Positions 10,161 through 20,475 are shown, counted from the first letter of the stretch. The stretch: 64,000 nt of DNA from Planctomycetota bacterium (GCA_038060895.1 JBBTCT010000029.1:37160-101159); one strand, 5' to 3'. Notes: generated by a model from the letters alone, not told the origin. Numbers and translations are program-made.

Positions 10161-11918
10161 TCACTCGGGATTTGCGGCCTTCAGCCCCTGCTCGGCCGCC
10201 TTGATGTCGTCCACGCTGTGGTCGCGTTCGAAATCCGAAAGCGCCGCCCCCGCTTTCAGGTCGGCCAGCGCTCCCGCGAAGTCCTTCATCGTCAGCTTGA
10301 TCCGGCCGCGATCACTCAGCCAGCTCCCGTACCGGGGAAACCTCAACAGCGCCTCGTCATAGGATTTCAAGGCATCGAGGTTTCTCCCGAGTGATTTCAG
10401 GACCTTCCCCCGCACTCCGTGCGCCCAGGCGTGTTGAGGATTCCGCTTCACAGCCTCGTCCGCATCCTCGAGCGCACGGGGAGCGTCGTCCCGCTTGAGC
10501 CTCGCCGATGCGCGCCCGACCCAGCCCTCCACGTTTTCGGGATCGAGTTCAATCACCTTCGAGTAGTCGTCCTCGGCCCGGCGGAACTGGATCAGCCACA
10601 TCGAGCACTCTCCGCGCAGAATCCAGCGGTGCGGGACATTGGGCGAAATCGAATTCGCGAGATCCAGGTCCCCTGCGGCCTCTTCGTACTTGTCGAGCGC
10701 CATGGCGCAGCGGGCGCGTTCCGTAAGCGCGTCCACGTGCTTCGGGTCGCTTGAGAGGATCCGGGACAGAATCGCCTCCGCGCGCCGCCACTCCTTCTTC
10801 GCCGTGAGGGCCATCGCATCCGCGAAAAGGTCCGACTGCGTGTCCGGCACTTGCAGGGAATTGGAGTCGCGGCGCGGCCACCCGAGTGCGCGCGCCGTCG
10901 CGACGATTGCCAGCGCGACGAGAAGAGTGCTGACGGTCGCGACGAATGCCGGGTTGCGCCGGGTCCAGCGGGAGGCCCGATCCGCGACGGAAGCCGGACG
11001 CGCTGCGATGGGCTCACCCGCGGAGAAGCGCTCCAGGTCGTCCGCGAGCGCGGCGGCGGATTCGTACCGGCGGCGAGGATCGTGGTCCATTGCCTTCGCC
11101 ACGATGGCTTCGAGGGCGATCGGGATGGCCGGGGCGACAGTGCGAAGCGCCGGCGCGCCGTCGCGACGCATCGCGGCGATGAAGGCATCCATGCCGGTGG
11201 TCTCGTAGGGCGGGCGTTTTGCCAGAAGGGCGTACAACGTCGCGCCGAGAGCGTAAACGTCCGTTCGCGGAGTGAGGGATCCACCCGTGACCTGCTCCGG
11301 CGACATGAAGTGCGGCGTTCCCAGCGCTGCGCCGCTCGCGGTTGTCCTGGAGGCGCCGTCGAGGGCCTTGGCGAGCCCCAGGTCAAGGACATGGATCCCC
11401 GCGGCGCTCTTCAGGATGTTGCGCGGTTTCAGATCGCGGTGGATCACGCCTTGCTCGTGAGCGGCTTGCACGGCCCGCGCAGCCGAGGCCACCGCCATAA
11501 CGGCTCCGCCCACGTCCAGTCCAGCGAGGTCCAATGTCGGACCGATGATCCGGGGCATGCTGAGCCACAGCGTTTCACCTTCCTCGCCGGCCTCGAAGAC
11601 CGGCAGGATGGCGGCGTGGGACAGGCGGGCGCCCAGGCGCGCTTCCTCCATGAAGCGCCTTCGTGACTCCGGATTCAGGCCCGTGACGATCTTCAGCGCC
11701 ACCTCGCGTTGCAGGTCGATCTGCCAGGCGCGACGAACGATGCTCTGGCCGCCGCGGCCCAGTTCTTCCAGCAGCACGAACTTGCCGAACGCCGGCCCCT
11801 CGCGCTTCCACGCCTCAAACGCGTCGGGCGGCATCGCAAGCGACCCGGCGTCGCTGTCTTCGCTCGCCGCAAGGCGAAGCAGGCGTGTGAAGACGTGGTC
11901 AGGCAGGCTTGAGGGCAT
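10161..11918 (-). CDS. Ser/Thr protein kinase with TM and C-terminal TPR repeats
   Basis: LGRGGQS, VALK, IHRDLKPRN, DLGLAK, GTPHFMSPEQ; TPR helices in C-terminal third. Confidence 0.92.
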   Translation of the reverse strand: MPSSLPDHVFTRLLRLAASEDSDAGSLAMPPDAFEAWKREGPAFGKFVLLEELGRGGQSIVRRAWQIDLQREVALKIVTGLNPESRRRFMEEARLGARLSHAAILPVFEAGEEGETLWLSMPRIIGPTLDLAGLDVGGAVMAVASAARAVQAAHEQGVIHRDLKPRNILKSAAGIHVLDLGLAKALDGASRTTASGAALGTPHFMSPEQVTGGSLTPRTDVYALGATLYALLAKRPPYETTGMDAFIAAMRRDGAPALRTVAPAIPIALEAIVAKAMDHDPRRRYESAAALADDLERFSAGEPIAARPASVADRASRWTRRNPAFVATVSTLLVALAIVATARALGWPRRDSNSLQVPDTQSDLFADAMALTAKKEWRRAEAILSRILSSDPKHVDALTERARCAMALDKYEEAAGDLDLANSISPNVPHRWILRGECSMWLIQFRRAEDDYSKVIELDPENVEGWVGRASARLKRDDAPRALEDADEAVKRNPQHAWAHGVRGKVLKSLGRNLDALKSYDEALLRFPRYGSWLSDRGRIKLTMKDFAGALADLKAGAALSDFERDHSVDDIKAAEQGLKAANPE

Positions 11919-11929
11919 GGGTTCGCATT

Positions 11930-12781
11930 CTACGAGACGGATGTGAGCTCCCGCTCGAGGGCCTCGGTACGGGAACCAGCCCACAGGTAGATCATGCTCG
12001 TGCTCCTGGTGACGCGCTTGCACTCGTGCCGGTGGTCCGGAAACAACCGGAGGAATTCCAGGACGCGGGTCTGCGATGCCTTCATTTCGCCAATGATGTA
12101 GGGGACCTGCTGAATTCTCCGGGAACGGGAAAATGCCGGAGTCTCAATGCCCTCGACGTCGAATTTCACCAGGTCAACGGCGCCACCTGCCGTTTCGAGG
12201 ATCTCGTCAAGCGTGAACACCCGGCAGGCGACCTTTCGCTTCCTGGCTTCCGGCTTGTCGGTGACCAGGGAATTGGAGGCGGGCGAATCCTCGTAGACAT
12301 GCAGCATCGACACTCCCGCCTTTTCGCCCACGGCGGCCTGATGAAGAAAAATTCCGGGGTGAAACCGGGTGTTGAGCGACAGAAGGTGAAAACTCTCAGC
12401 ACACGGCTCGTAGGCGTGAATCTCGGCGGCGGGCAACCTGCGTTTCAACCATAGCGTCGCCAGGCCGATGTGTGCACCCAGATCCACGATTCGACGGGGC
12501 GGATCCGCGCACAGTTGCGGCATCCAGTAGGGATCTCCGCGGTGAATCTCGTTCAGGATGAAGATGTCAGGCGGACGCAGGTGAAGCAACTGAGGCTTGC
12601 GTCCGAGGCGAATGTTCACGACGAATTTACGGGAGTTCAGATTCCAACGCTTCAATCCCCACTTGAAGCGCGGGAGCATCCAGGCGAGCGAGCAGCGTGA
12701 CCGGAGATTTGAACCGAGGTGAAATCCCGTCTGCGCGAATTCAAGCAGTGTCCGGAACTTCCTCAAGAGCGTGTTCAGCAA
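11930..12781 (-). CDS. FkbM-family SAM-dependent methyltransferase
   Basis: IVDLGAHIG, AYEP, HQAAVG, TLD, LVKFDVEGIE; start uncertain. Confidence 0.85.
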   Translation of the reverse strand: MLNTLLRKFRTLLEFAQTGFHLGSNLRSRCSLAWMLPRFKWGLKRWNLNSRKFVVNIRLGRKPQLLHLRPPDIFILNEIHRGDPYWMPQLCADPPRRIVDLGAHIGLATLWLKRRLPAAEIHAYEPCAESFHLLSLNTRFHPGIFLHQAAVGEKAGVSMLHVYEDSPASNSLVTDKPEARKRKVACRVFTLDEILETAGGAVDLVKFDVEGIETPAFSRSRRIQQVPYIIGEMKASQTRVLEFLRLFPDHRHECKRVTRSTSMIYLWAGSRTEALERELTSVS

Positions 12782-12931
12782 TCTGGAGCCTCGCTTCCAT
12801 CGAAAGGCGATGGGTGGGGCTCCTGGATCGGTCAGGATCGAGGCATTTCCTGGGCCCTCCCTGAGGGCAATAACCGATCGTGAAAGATCCGATTAGCACG
12901 AATGTGCGGGATTAACTTCTCGCGGCGCCGA

Positions 12932-13645
12932 TCAGCCTGGAAACAAGGCCCGCGCTTCCGCCTCGAGGTCTGCGGCGCTTTCACAGGTTTCCCGCATCTC
13001 GTCGAGCACGATCTTCCGCCAGCGGGTCCTCGCGTTGTGGAGCCAGTTGCGAACGTCCGATGTCGAGATTTTGAACTCCTTTGCCAGTTCGTCGTAGGTC
13101 GTGCCGCCCTGCGTCGGCCGTTCGATTTCGTAGCGACGGAACACTTCGTAGTAGGCGTCCTTTCCTTCCTTTGCGAACTCGTCTCGCAGCCGCGGCAGGC
13201 ACCGCTCGAACATGGACTCCAGCCATTCGCGGTCGAACAGCGAATCCGGGTCGCCTTCCCGCGAAGCAAGCTCCTCGGCCTCCCCGACGTCGTCGAGGCT
13301 CAGCGCCGGCTTCCCGCCGCCGCGTTTTTCGGCCTTGGCATCCCGGTGCTGCTTTCGCAGGAAGTTCTCCAGCGACGCCTTCAGAAACCGCCGGAACGAG
13401 CCTCTTGCAGGGTCGGCCTTCGCGAGGAAGTCGCTTCTCAGCGCCTCGGCAAAGAACGACTGCGTCAGGTCTTTGGCGTCCTCGTTGGACCTTCGCCACT
13501 TTCTCCGGACGTACAGGTAAGCGGGCTTCCAGTAGTGGGTGGCCAGGAAGTCGGCGCTCTCGGCGTCGGGCCGGTCGATGAGGCGGCTCCACGCGGTCGG
13601 GGGGAAGTCCGCCGGGCCGGGGATGCTGGTGTCGTGTTCGGCCAC
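12932..13645 (-). CDS. ECF-type sigma factor (paralogue of 2388-3137)
   Basis: DFPPTAWS, YWKPAY, DAKDLTQSFF, GSFRRFL, EKRGGG, YDELAKEF..VRNWLHNAR; GTG start inferred. Confidence 0.88.
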   Translation of the reverse strand: MAEHDTSIPGPADFPPTAWSRLIDRPDAESADFLATHYWKPAYLYVRRKWRRSNEDAKDLTQSFFAEALRSDFLAKADPARGSFRRFLKASLENFLRKQHRDAKAEKRGGGKPALSLDDVGEAEELASREGDPDSLFDREWLESMFERCLPRLRDEFAKEGKDAYYEVFRRYEIERPTQGGTTYDELAKEFKISTSDVRNWLHNARTRWRKIVLDEMRETCESAADLEAEARALFPG

Positions 13646-13775
13646 AGCGGGACGATAGCGGGACTGGGGAGGCGCGGCAAGCGCGGGCGGAATCGCGAAT
13701 CGCCGCAATGGATTTCTGGTTTCCGGTTACAGGGCGTGTCGGGCATTCCGCCAGATGCCCCTTTGGAGAACACAC

Positions 13776-15173
13776 ATGGTCCGACTGACAGCGGTCTCGT
13801 TCGTCCTCGTTCTGCTGGTCGCCTTCCCGGGATGCCGCAGGAGGAAAAGTGGAGACACGTTTGTCTCTGCCGGGGGCGTTTTCACGACGGATAACTTCCC
13901 CGGGTCCGCCGTGCAGGACGGCAACGTGGCCGACGACAAGCGCGCGTTCAGTCCTTCCGGGAAGGGGGCGCGGGAGCTTCGATGCACGTTCAACGGCGAC
14001 CACGGCACGGCGCTGGCGACCTACGAGTCCGTGGACTCGGCCGGAGATCCCGCAGGAATCTATGCGCATTACTTCGACGGCGAAACGTGGACGCCGCCGG
14101 ATTCGGCCTTTTCGGAGAGGCTGAGCGCACCGATGGTCCTGAGCCCGGACCTTGACGGCAATGACGCCGGATTCTTCCTCTTCCAGCGCGGCCTCGGGTA
14201 CCGGTGCGGGTGCCAGTCCGATCCGGACGTCGTGAACCTGTTCTTCGAAGTCAGCGATTCGACGCAGGACGCCGTCCATCACGCGCGCCTCACAGCCGAC
14301 CTTGACCTGCCAGGCGTCGTGCCCGCGGCGGTCGTGACGCCCTTCGAGACCTTCCTGCAGGACGACCTCCTGGCCCTCTTCGGCCCGAACCTCGGCAACA
14401 ATGACTTCGTAGCCGCTGACGCCGGTGACGGCGGCGAGTGCGTTGCGTTCTACAGAAAGCACTTCGACGCGGCAGGAGTGAACGACCACCGCCTCTTCGC
14501 ACGCAGGACCGGCGGCGGCCTGGCCGTTGAAATCGGAAGCGGTGTGCCGAACAGGTCGGTCAACACGTACGGGGAGCTGTCGCTCGCGATCACGCCGCCC
14601 GGGGAGGAAGTCGGGTTTTTCGATCCGGCCTCGACGGAAGACGATCCGCAGCGTGCCCACCCGGCGTCGCGTGTCCACGTGTTCTTCTACGAAGACGCGA
14701 TTTCGGAGATGGACGGCCTGGGAGACGAGATGCGCACGCGTGCTTACGTTGCAGGCCTGTCCGGCGGAGCGGACGGCGACGCCTTCGTGCCGAACGCGGG
14801 CGCTGCGTTCCAGCCGCCCTTCGAGATGGGTATCGGCGGCACGCCCCCTGAAATCGACCAGTACTACGACCTGGGCGGCATCGCCGTGGCCGGAGATGCC
14901 GTGGGAGTCTGGTTCGCGGACTCGGGACACATCTACTACCAGGAGTACTCTCCGGACCCTGAGCCCGGCCTCGGCTGGCGGAACGACGGCGGTTTCCCGA
15001 ATCCGATCCTCGTGGACGACGACAGCGAGTTCGAGGCGAACAAGATCAAGGTCTTTACGCGCTCGTGCACCTGCGAGTCACTTTCACAGTCGACCGTCTT
15101 CTGGAACAAGGTCTTCGCGCCGGATGAAGGCCCGGAGGGAAGGCTGCAGGTGAGGGTGAGAGAGGGCGAATAG
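13776..15173 (+). CDS. Putative lipoprotein, acidic beta-rich
   Basis: SD GGAG, hydrophobic signal ending AFPGC; divergent from ECF sigma. Confidence 0.7.
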   Translation: MVRLTAVSFVLVLLVAFPGCRRRKSGDTFVSAGGVFTTDNFPGSAVQDGNVADDKRAFSPSGKGARELRCTFNGDHGTALATYESVDSAGDPAGIYAHYFDGETWTPPDSAFSERLSAPMVLSPDLDGNDAGFFLFQRGLGYRCGCQSDPDVVNLFFEVSDSTQDAVHHARLTADLDLPGVVPAAVVTPFETFLQDDLLALFGPNLGNNDFVAADAGDGGECVAFYRKHFDAAGVNDHRLFARRTGGGLAVEIGSGVPNRSVNTYGELSLAITPPGEEVGFFDPASTEDDPQRAHPASRVHVFFYEDAISEMDGLGDEMRTRAYVAGLSGGADGDAFVPNAGAAFQPPFEMGIGGTPPEIDQYYDLGGIAVAGDAVGVWFADSGHIYYQEYSPDPEPGLGWRNDGGFPNPILVDDDSEFEANKIKVFTRSCTCESLSQSTVFWNKVFAPDEGPEGRLQVRVREGE

Positions 15174-15184
15174 GGACCGGTGAA

Positions 15185-15210
15185 GCGCGGGGCCGCCCGC
15201 GGCCCCGCGC
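15185..15210. terminator. Hairpin between convergent genes
   Basis: GCGCGGGGCCGC / GCGGCCCCGCGC perfect inverted repeat. Confidence 0.6.
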
Positions 15211-15220
15211 CGTCACGGGT

Positions 15221-15760
15221 TCAGGGGGCGAAGCGCCACATTCCGTTCTCTTTCACGAAGCGCAGCGTTCCCGATTTCCACTCCGGGTCGAAATAATCGA
15301 CCGTTGCCTTCCCGCTCTCCAGCTTGATCGCCTTGGTTTCCTTGATCACCCGCGGCAGCCGTGTGCTCCCCTTCATGATTTCCATTCCCACCCACTCCGC
15401 CGCGAGCTTCGCCGGGGCCCCCTGCGAAAACTGCTCAGGCTTCATCCCGCGCCCCCGAATTTTCGTTTCCGCCGATTTCCGGGTCGCGTCATCTCCGCCG
15501 GCAAGATCGCGTTTCAACGCCTCGACTTCTGCGGTTGCCTGCTTCTGAAACTCGGCCGACAGCAGGCCGTAGAGCTTCTGCCAGTCCTGGGAAGCGATTG
15601 CCGCCTTGTAGGCATCAATCGTCGCCGTGGGAGACGTGGCGTCCCCGGCCGTCTTGTTCGATCCGCTCCCGCCGGGAAGCGGGTTCGGGATTTCCTTCAC
15701 CTTGTCGCAGGCCGCCAGCGCGGCGGCGCAGAAAACCCCTGCCAGGATCCGTCGCTTCAT
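15221..15760 (-). CDS. Lipoprotein (NTF2-like/DUF4878-like)
   Basis: Lipobox LAAC; SPTATIDAY..DWQKLYGLLS; LRFVKENGMWRF. Confidence 0.75.
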   Translation of the reverse strand: MKRRILAGVFCAAALAACDKVKEIPNPLPGGSGSNKTAGDATSPTATIDAYKAAIASQDWQKLYGLLSAEFQKQATAEVEALKRDLAGGDDATRKSAETKIRGRGMKPEQFSQGAPAKLAAEWVGMEIMKGSTRLPRVIKETKAIKLESGKATVDYFDPEWKSGTLRFVKENGMWRFAP

Positions 15761-15843
15761 CCATGCCTCTCCGCAGTTGTGTCCCGGAAAAGTCTAACAT
15801 CCGCCTCTCGCCAACCGCGCCCCGCCGTGTTACGACGATCCAC

Positions 15844-18201
15844 GTGCAGGATTCACGCGAGGGCCCGAAGCGCTTCGGAAAATTTTCGCTCCTCCGCGAG
15901 CTGGGCCGCGGCGGCATGGGGGTCGTCTGGCTCGCGCGCGACAACGACCTGGGCCGCGAGGTCGCGCTGAAGATGCTGCTCTCCACCGAGATTTCGCCCG
16001 TGGATATGGAGCGCTTCCGCCGCGAATCCCGCGCCGCGGCGAAACTGAACCACCCGAACATCGTGCCGGTGTACGAGATGGGGATGGAGGGCGGGCGGGC
16101 GTACTTCACGATGGAGTTCGTGAAGGGGCATTCGCTGGAGCGGCGGATGCCGGAGATGCCTCTTCGGCGGCGGATCGAAATCGTGAGGGACGTTGCGAAG
16201 GCGTTGCACTACGCGCACGGCCTGGGCGTGGTGCACCGCGACATCAAGCCGTCGAACGTGGCGTTGTCGGCGGACGGGCATCCCATGATCATGGACTTCG
16301 GGCTCGCCAAGCACCTGGGCGACACGCGCAACCTGACGCAGAGCGGGACGATCATGGGAACGCCGAACTTCATGAGTCCGGAGCAGGCGCAGGGGGATCC
16401 GGAAGCGATTGACGGCCGCAGCGACGTGTTCTCTCTCGGCGCGGTGCTCTATTACCTGCTGACCGATCGGCCGCCCTTCGAGAGGGCAGACACGATGAAG
16501 ACGGTGCTCGCGGTGCTGGGCGAGTCTCCGGTTTCGCCCCGGAAGATCAACGCTTCGGTCCCCATGGACGTGGAGACGATCTGCCTCAAGGCGCTCGCGA
16601 AGGCGCCAGAGCGGCGCTACAAATCGGCCGAGGAGTTTGCCTCCGACCTGGACCGGTACCTGGCGGGATCCCAGATTGTCGCCCGCCCCCCGGGCGCCGC
16701 CGAGCGCGCCGGGGCCTGGATCCGCCGTCACACGGCTATCAGCGCCGCCGGAATCGTCGCCGTTCTGGGCCTCGCCGCCGTCGCCGTCGTGTGGGGCGCC
16801 GGCGCGGGGGACCGAACCGACCGGGAACGGCAGGCGGCCGTCGAAGCGGAGAAGCGCAAGAAGGAAGAGGCCGCTTCGGCCCGCCGTGCCGCCGCCGCCG
16901 AATGGGTCCGCCCCGGGCGCGAGCAACTGGACATTGCCGAGCGCTGCATGATGACGGGCCGCGCCGAGGATCTGCGAGCGGCGCTGGACCGCGCCATTGA
17001 GGCGTTCGGGAAGGCGCTGGCCGCCGATGAAGGTTGCCCCGAAGCCCTCGCAGGGAGGGGAAGGGCCCGGCGGCTCCGCGGAGAACACGACGGCGCCATT
17101 TCCGACTTGTCGCGCGCCGGAAATCTTCCGGAAGCAGTCTACGAACTCGCACTTGCCCGCCTGGATCTCTTCGTGGAGGCCAGGACCAAAGCCCAGGCCG
17201 AGCCTGTGTCCCGCGGGCCGGGTGCAGCGGTCTCCATCGCCCGGCAACGCCAACTTGCCGCCGCCGAAGACCTCGCGCGCGCCGCCTCCATCCCCCCGCC
17301 TCCCGGCCGCGACTGGATGCCGCTTCACTCCCGTGCCGCGCTCGCATTTCTGGCTGCGAAGCTTCCCGAGGCTCTCATCGACCTCGACAGGGTGATTGAG
17401 TTGAATCCATTTCGCGACGACGCCCTGGCTCTTCGAGCGTACATCCGGCTCCTGCAAGCGCCCGCCGGCGTCGCTGGCGCCGTTTCCGACCTCGACCGCG
17501 CGGTGCAGGCAAACGCGCTTTCGGCTTCGCACCGGAATCTTCGCGGGGTCGCAAAGGGCCTCTCTGGAGACACGAAAGGCGCGCTGGCGGACTTCGACGC
17601 GGCCGTTGCGCTCGACGCAGGGTTAGTGCCCGCCCGCCTGAATCGATCGTCGTCGCGACTCGCCGCGGGCGACTCCGCCGGCGCGGAGGCCGACGCCGAA
17701 GCTGTCCTCGCGAAGGCGCCGGACGACTTGCTCGCGCTGCAGGCGAGAGCCGAGGCCCGCATTGCGCTGCGCAACGGAGCCGGGGCGGACGACGACCTCT
17801 CGCGTGCCTTGCTCCTTGTCCCCGGCACCCCCTCGCTTCGGTTGCGCCGCGCCGTGGCGCGCCGACTTTGCGGAAGGCTGAAGGAAGCGGCGGAAGATGC
17901 CCGGCTGGCCTGCGAGTCGCCGGACTCCGATCTCAGGCTGCGCGCCATGCTGGAACTGGCCGACGACCTGGGTGCCGTGCCCGGAACACAAGAGTGGGAA
18001 CTCTACGCTACCCACGTCCAGCACGTCTCCGTGACGTCAAAGGCCGATTCCGGAGAGGAGATGTTCCGGCTGGGGATCGCGTTCCAGGAACGTGGCGAGA
18101 AGGAGCGCGCCCGGGACATTCTCGAACAGTTCCTTCGGCTCTGTCGCGGTCATGCCAGGTCGGAAGATGCTCGCAAGGCGCTGGACGAACTGAGCCGCTA
18201 G
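15844..18201 (+). CDS. Ser/Thr protein kinase with TM and TPR repeats
   Basis: LGRGGMGVVW, VALK, VVHRDIKPSN, MDFGLAK, GTPNFMSPEQ; GTG start inferred. Confidence 0.92.
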   Translation: MQDSREGPKRFGKFSLLRELGRGGMGVVWLARDNDLGREVALKMLLSTEISPVDMERFRRESRAAAKLNHPNIVPVYEMGMEGGRAYFTMEFVKGHSLERRMPEMPLRRRIEIVRDVAKALHYAHGLGVVHRDIKPSNVALSADGHPMIMDFGLAKHLGDTRNLTQSGTIMGTPNFMSPEQAQGDPEAIDGRSDVFSLGAVLYYLLTDRPPFERADTMKTVLAVLGESPVSPRKINASVPMDVETICLKALAKAPERRYKSAEEFASDLDRYLAGSQIVARPPGAAERAGAWIRRHTAISAAGIVAVLGLAAVAVVWGAGAGDRTDRERQAAVEAEKRKKEEAASARRAAAAEWVRPGREQLDIAERCMMTGRAEDLRAALDRAIEAFGKALAADEGCPEALAGRGRARRLRGEHDGAISDLSRAGNLPEAVYELALARLDLFVEARTKAQAEPVSRGPGAAVSIARQRQLAAAEDLARAASIPPPPGRDWMPLHSRAALAFLAAKLPEALIDLDRVIELNPFRDDALALRAYIRLLQAPAGVAGAVSDLDRAVQANALSASHRNLRGVAKGLSGDTKGALADFDAAVALDAGLVPARLNRSSSRLAAGDSAGAEADAEAVLAKAPDDLLALQARAEARIALRNGAGADDDLSRALLLVPGTPSLRLRRAVARRLCGRLKEAAEDARLACESPDSDLRLRAMLELADDLGAVPGTQEWELYATHVQHVSVTSKADSGEEMFRLGIAFQERGEKERARDILEQFLRLCRGHARSEDARKALDELSR

Positions 18202-18330
18202 GCGGGTCGAGATTTGTCGTGAGTGGCGGAACCCCGGCGCCGTAGCTGCCAGGCCTCGAACCATTCGATGGCTCGCAGCGCCGCGAAGGGCATTACGAGG
18301 ATTGAGATGCACGTCACGACGATCTGGATC

Positions 18331-18579
18331 TCAGGGTTCACGGTGGAGTCTCATTCCGATGAGGAGACAACTCAGGGCAGATCCGGACATCAGCAGATAG
18401 TACCAGAGCGGAAGCGAGTGATGCGGCGCAGGATCATCCGGACGTGCAAGCTTCAGTGCGGGTTCGAACACCAGAAACACGAGGACGAGGCTGCTGGTTT
18501 CCATAAACCAGTCCGCCATCGCCTTCCGGCGAGAGGATCGGGAGGGAGTGACGGGTGGGTGGGGAGTCGATTCGTTCAT
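18331..18579 (-). CDS. Small two-TM membrane protein
   Basis: Two hydrophobic segments; consensus promoter directly upstream. Confidence 0.6.
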   Translation of the reverse strand: MNESTPHPPVTPSRSSRRKAMADWFMETSSLVLVFLVFEPALKLARPDDPAPHHSLPLWYYLLMSGSALSCLLIGMRLHREP

Positions 18580-18588
18580 GACCTGAAC

Positions 18589-18617
18589 ATCATAACGTTG
18601 TATTATACTAGTGTCAA
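18589..18617 (-). promoter_or_regulatory. Sigma70-type promoter
   Basis: Minus strand TTGACA (18617-18612), 17-nt spacer, TATGAT (18594-18589), in an AT-rich patch. Confidence 0.7.
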
Positions 18618-18782
18618 GTGCTGTCGTTGAAAATATTGTAGAAATTGTGCTTCAATCGTTCTCCCGCGTCCCCTTCGTACACTCCCGCACGCCTTCGCCT
18701 CCAACATTGATTCGCAACCCCTTCTATGGTAATCACTTGCGTATCGGGCGCTCCGGCCCGGGGATTGCGAAAGGACGCGCCG

Positions 18783-20339
18783 ATGATCGAAACGCTCCGC
18801 GAAGACCTGAAAGTCTACATCCGCGCCCGCTACCCCGTGCTTTACCTGGTCTCGGGGGAAGAAGAGCGCGTCGGGCGGATGATCGCGCGCATCGCCGCGG
18901 ATCTGCAGAAGAAGGTCTACTCGTGGACCTGCTCCGGCGGTTTCGACGCGGCGCACGTCGAGCACGACCTCCTCGACGGGCCCAAACCCATGCTGGCCAG
19001 TCCCGTTGACTTCGGCGAAACGAACACGAAGTCGGCCGCCACGAAGACCCCCGCCGGCGCCCTCGACTTCGTCCTTAACTCCGCCGAGCGCGCGCTTTTC
19101 GTCCTTCACGATTTCCACCCCTACCTCGATGAACCCGCCGTCGTGCGCCGCCTGCGCGACGTCATCATGAACCTGAAGAAGTCGTTCAAGACGCTCATCC
19201 TCGTTTCGCCCGTGCTCAAGATCCCCGAGGAAATCGAGCGCGACGTCACCGTCGTCGACATCCCGCTCCCCGACGAAAAGGAACTCGCCGAACTCCTCAG
19301 GGCATTCCTCAATTCCGTCAAGTCCGACGGACGCATCGCCGTCGCCGAGGACAAGGACCTCTTCGAACGCGTCGCCCGCGCCGCCCAGGGCCTCACCGAG
19401 TCCCAGGCCTCCAACGTCTTCGCTCGCGCCGCCGTGAACGACCGCAAGTTCAACGCGCAGGATCTGCCCCTCATCCTCGCGGAAAAAAAACAGGTGCTGC
19501 GCAAAGCCGGTATCCTCGAGTTCTTCGAACATCAGGAATCCATGGCCAGCGTCGGCGGGCTCGAAAACCTCAAAAAGTGGCTCGGGTCCCGCAAGGACGC
19601 CTTCAGCGAACGGGCCCGTACCTACGGCCTCCCCCAACCCAAGGGTTGCCTCCTTCTCGGCGTCCAGGGATGCGGCAAAAGCCTTTCCGCAAAGGCCATC
19701 GCCGCGACCTGGAAGCTGCCGCTGCTCCGCCTCGACATCGGCTCGCTCTTCTCCAGCTACATCGGCGCCTCCGAGGCCAACATGCGCAAGGCCATCCTCA
19801 CGGCGGAAGGCCTCGCGCCGGTGGTGCTCTGGCTCGACGAAATCGAGAAGGGATTTGCCGGCATGAAGAGCGGCGGGAATTCCGATGCCGGGGCGTCGCT
19901 CCGCGTTTTCTCCACGTTCCTGACGTGGATGCAGGAGAAGACAAAGGCGGTCTTCGTCGTGGCGACGGCCAACCGGATTGCGGACCTGCCCCCCGAGTTG
20001 CTGCGAAAAGGGCGCTTCGACGAGATTTTCTTCCTGGACCTCCCGTCGGCCGCCGAGCGCGAGGAAATTTTCCGCATTCATGTCGCGAAGCGGAAACGCG
20101 AGCCGGGACGCTTCGACCTGAAGGCGCTCGCAGCGGCGGCGAAAGGATTCAACGGCGCGGAGGTGGAAGAAGCGATCGTGGCGGCGATGTACAAGGGATT
20201 TTCCGAGGACCGTGAGTTCGGCGGGGCGGACGTGCTGGCGGCGGTGGGGGAGACGGTGCCGCTTTCGGCGACGATGGCGGAAGAGATCGGCCAGTTGCGC
20301 GACTGGTGCAAGGGGCGCGCGCGCCTGGCGGGGGGATAG
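18783..20339 (+). CDS. Ycf46-like AAA+ ATPase
   Basis: YIRARYP..EEER, VGGLENLKKWL, Walker A GVQGCGKS, Walker B LWLDEIEK, ATAN, LRKGRFDEIFFLDLP. Confidence 0.93.
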   Translation: MIETLREDLKVYIRARYPVLYLVSGEEERVGRMIARIAADLQKKVYSWTCSGGFDAAHVEHDLLDGPKPMLASPVDFGETNTKSAATKTPAGALDFVLNSAERALFVLHDFHPYLDEPAVVRRLRDVIMNLKKSFKTLILVSPVLKIPEEIERDVTVVDIPLPDEKELAELLRAFLNSVKSDGRIAVAEDKDLFERVARAAQGLTESQASNVFARAAVNDRKFNAQDLPLILAEKKQVLRKAGILEFFEHQESMASVGGLENLKKWLGSRKDAFSERARTYGLPQPKGCLLLGVQGCGKSLSAKAIAATWKLPLLRLDIGSLFSSYIGASEANMRKAILTAEGLAPVVLWLDEIEKGFAGMKSGGNSDAGASLRVFSTFLTWMQEKTKAVFVVATANRIADLPPELLRKGRFDEIFFLDLPSAAEREEIFRIHVAKRKREPGRFDLKALAAAAKGFNGAEVEEAIVAAMYKGFSEDREFGGADVLAAVGETVPLSATMAEEIGQLRDWCKGRARLAGG

Positions 20340-20388
20340 CGAACATGGGAGTGAAGAAATCGTCATGCGTCGCGCGAGATTGTGAACT

Positions 20389-20424
20389 CCCTTCGACTCA
20401 CCCTGCGGGCTCGCTCAGGGTAAG
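20389..20424. repeat. REP-like element (CCCTTCGAC...GCTCAGGG type)
   Basis: Intergenic CCCTTCGACTCACCCTGCGGGCTCGCTCAGGGTAAG resembles a widespread palindromic extragenic repeat type; single copy here. Confidence 0.45.
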
Positions 20425-20475
20425 CCGGGCCGAGCGGGGTGTCCCTGACCGAACTCATTCACATGGCCCGGCCTG

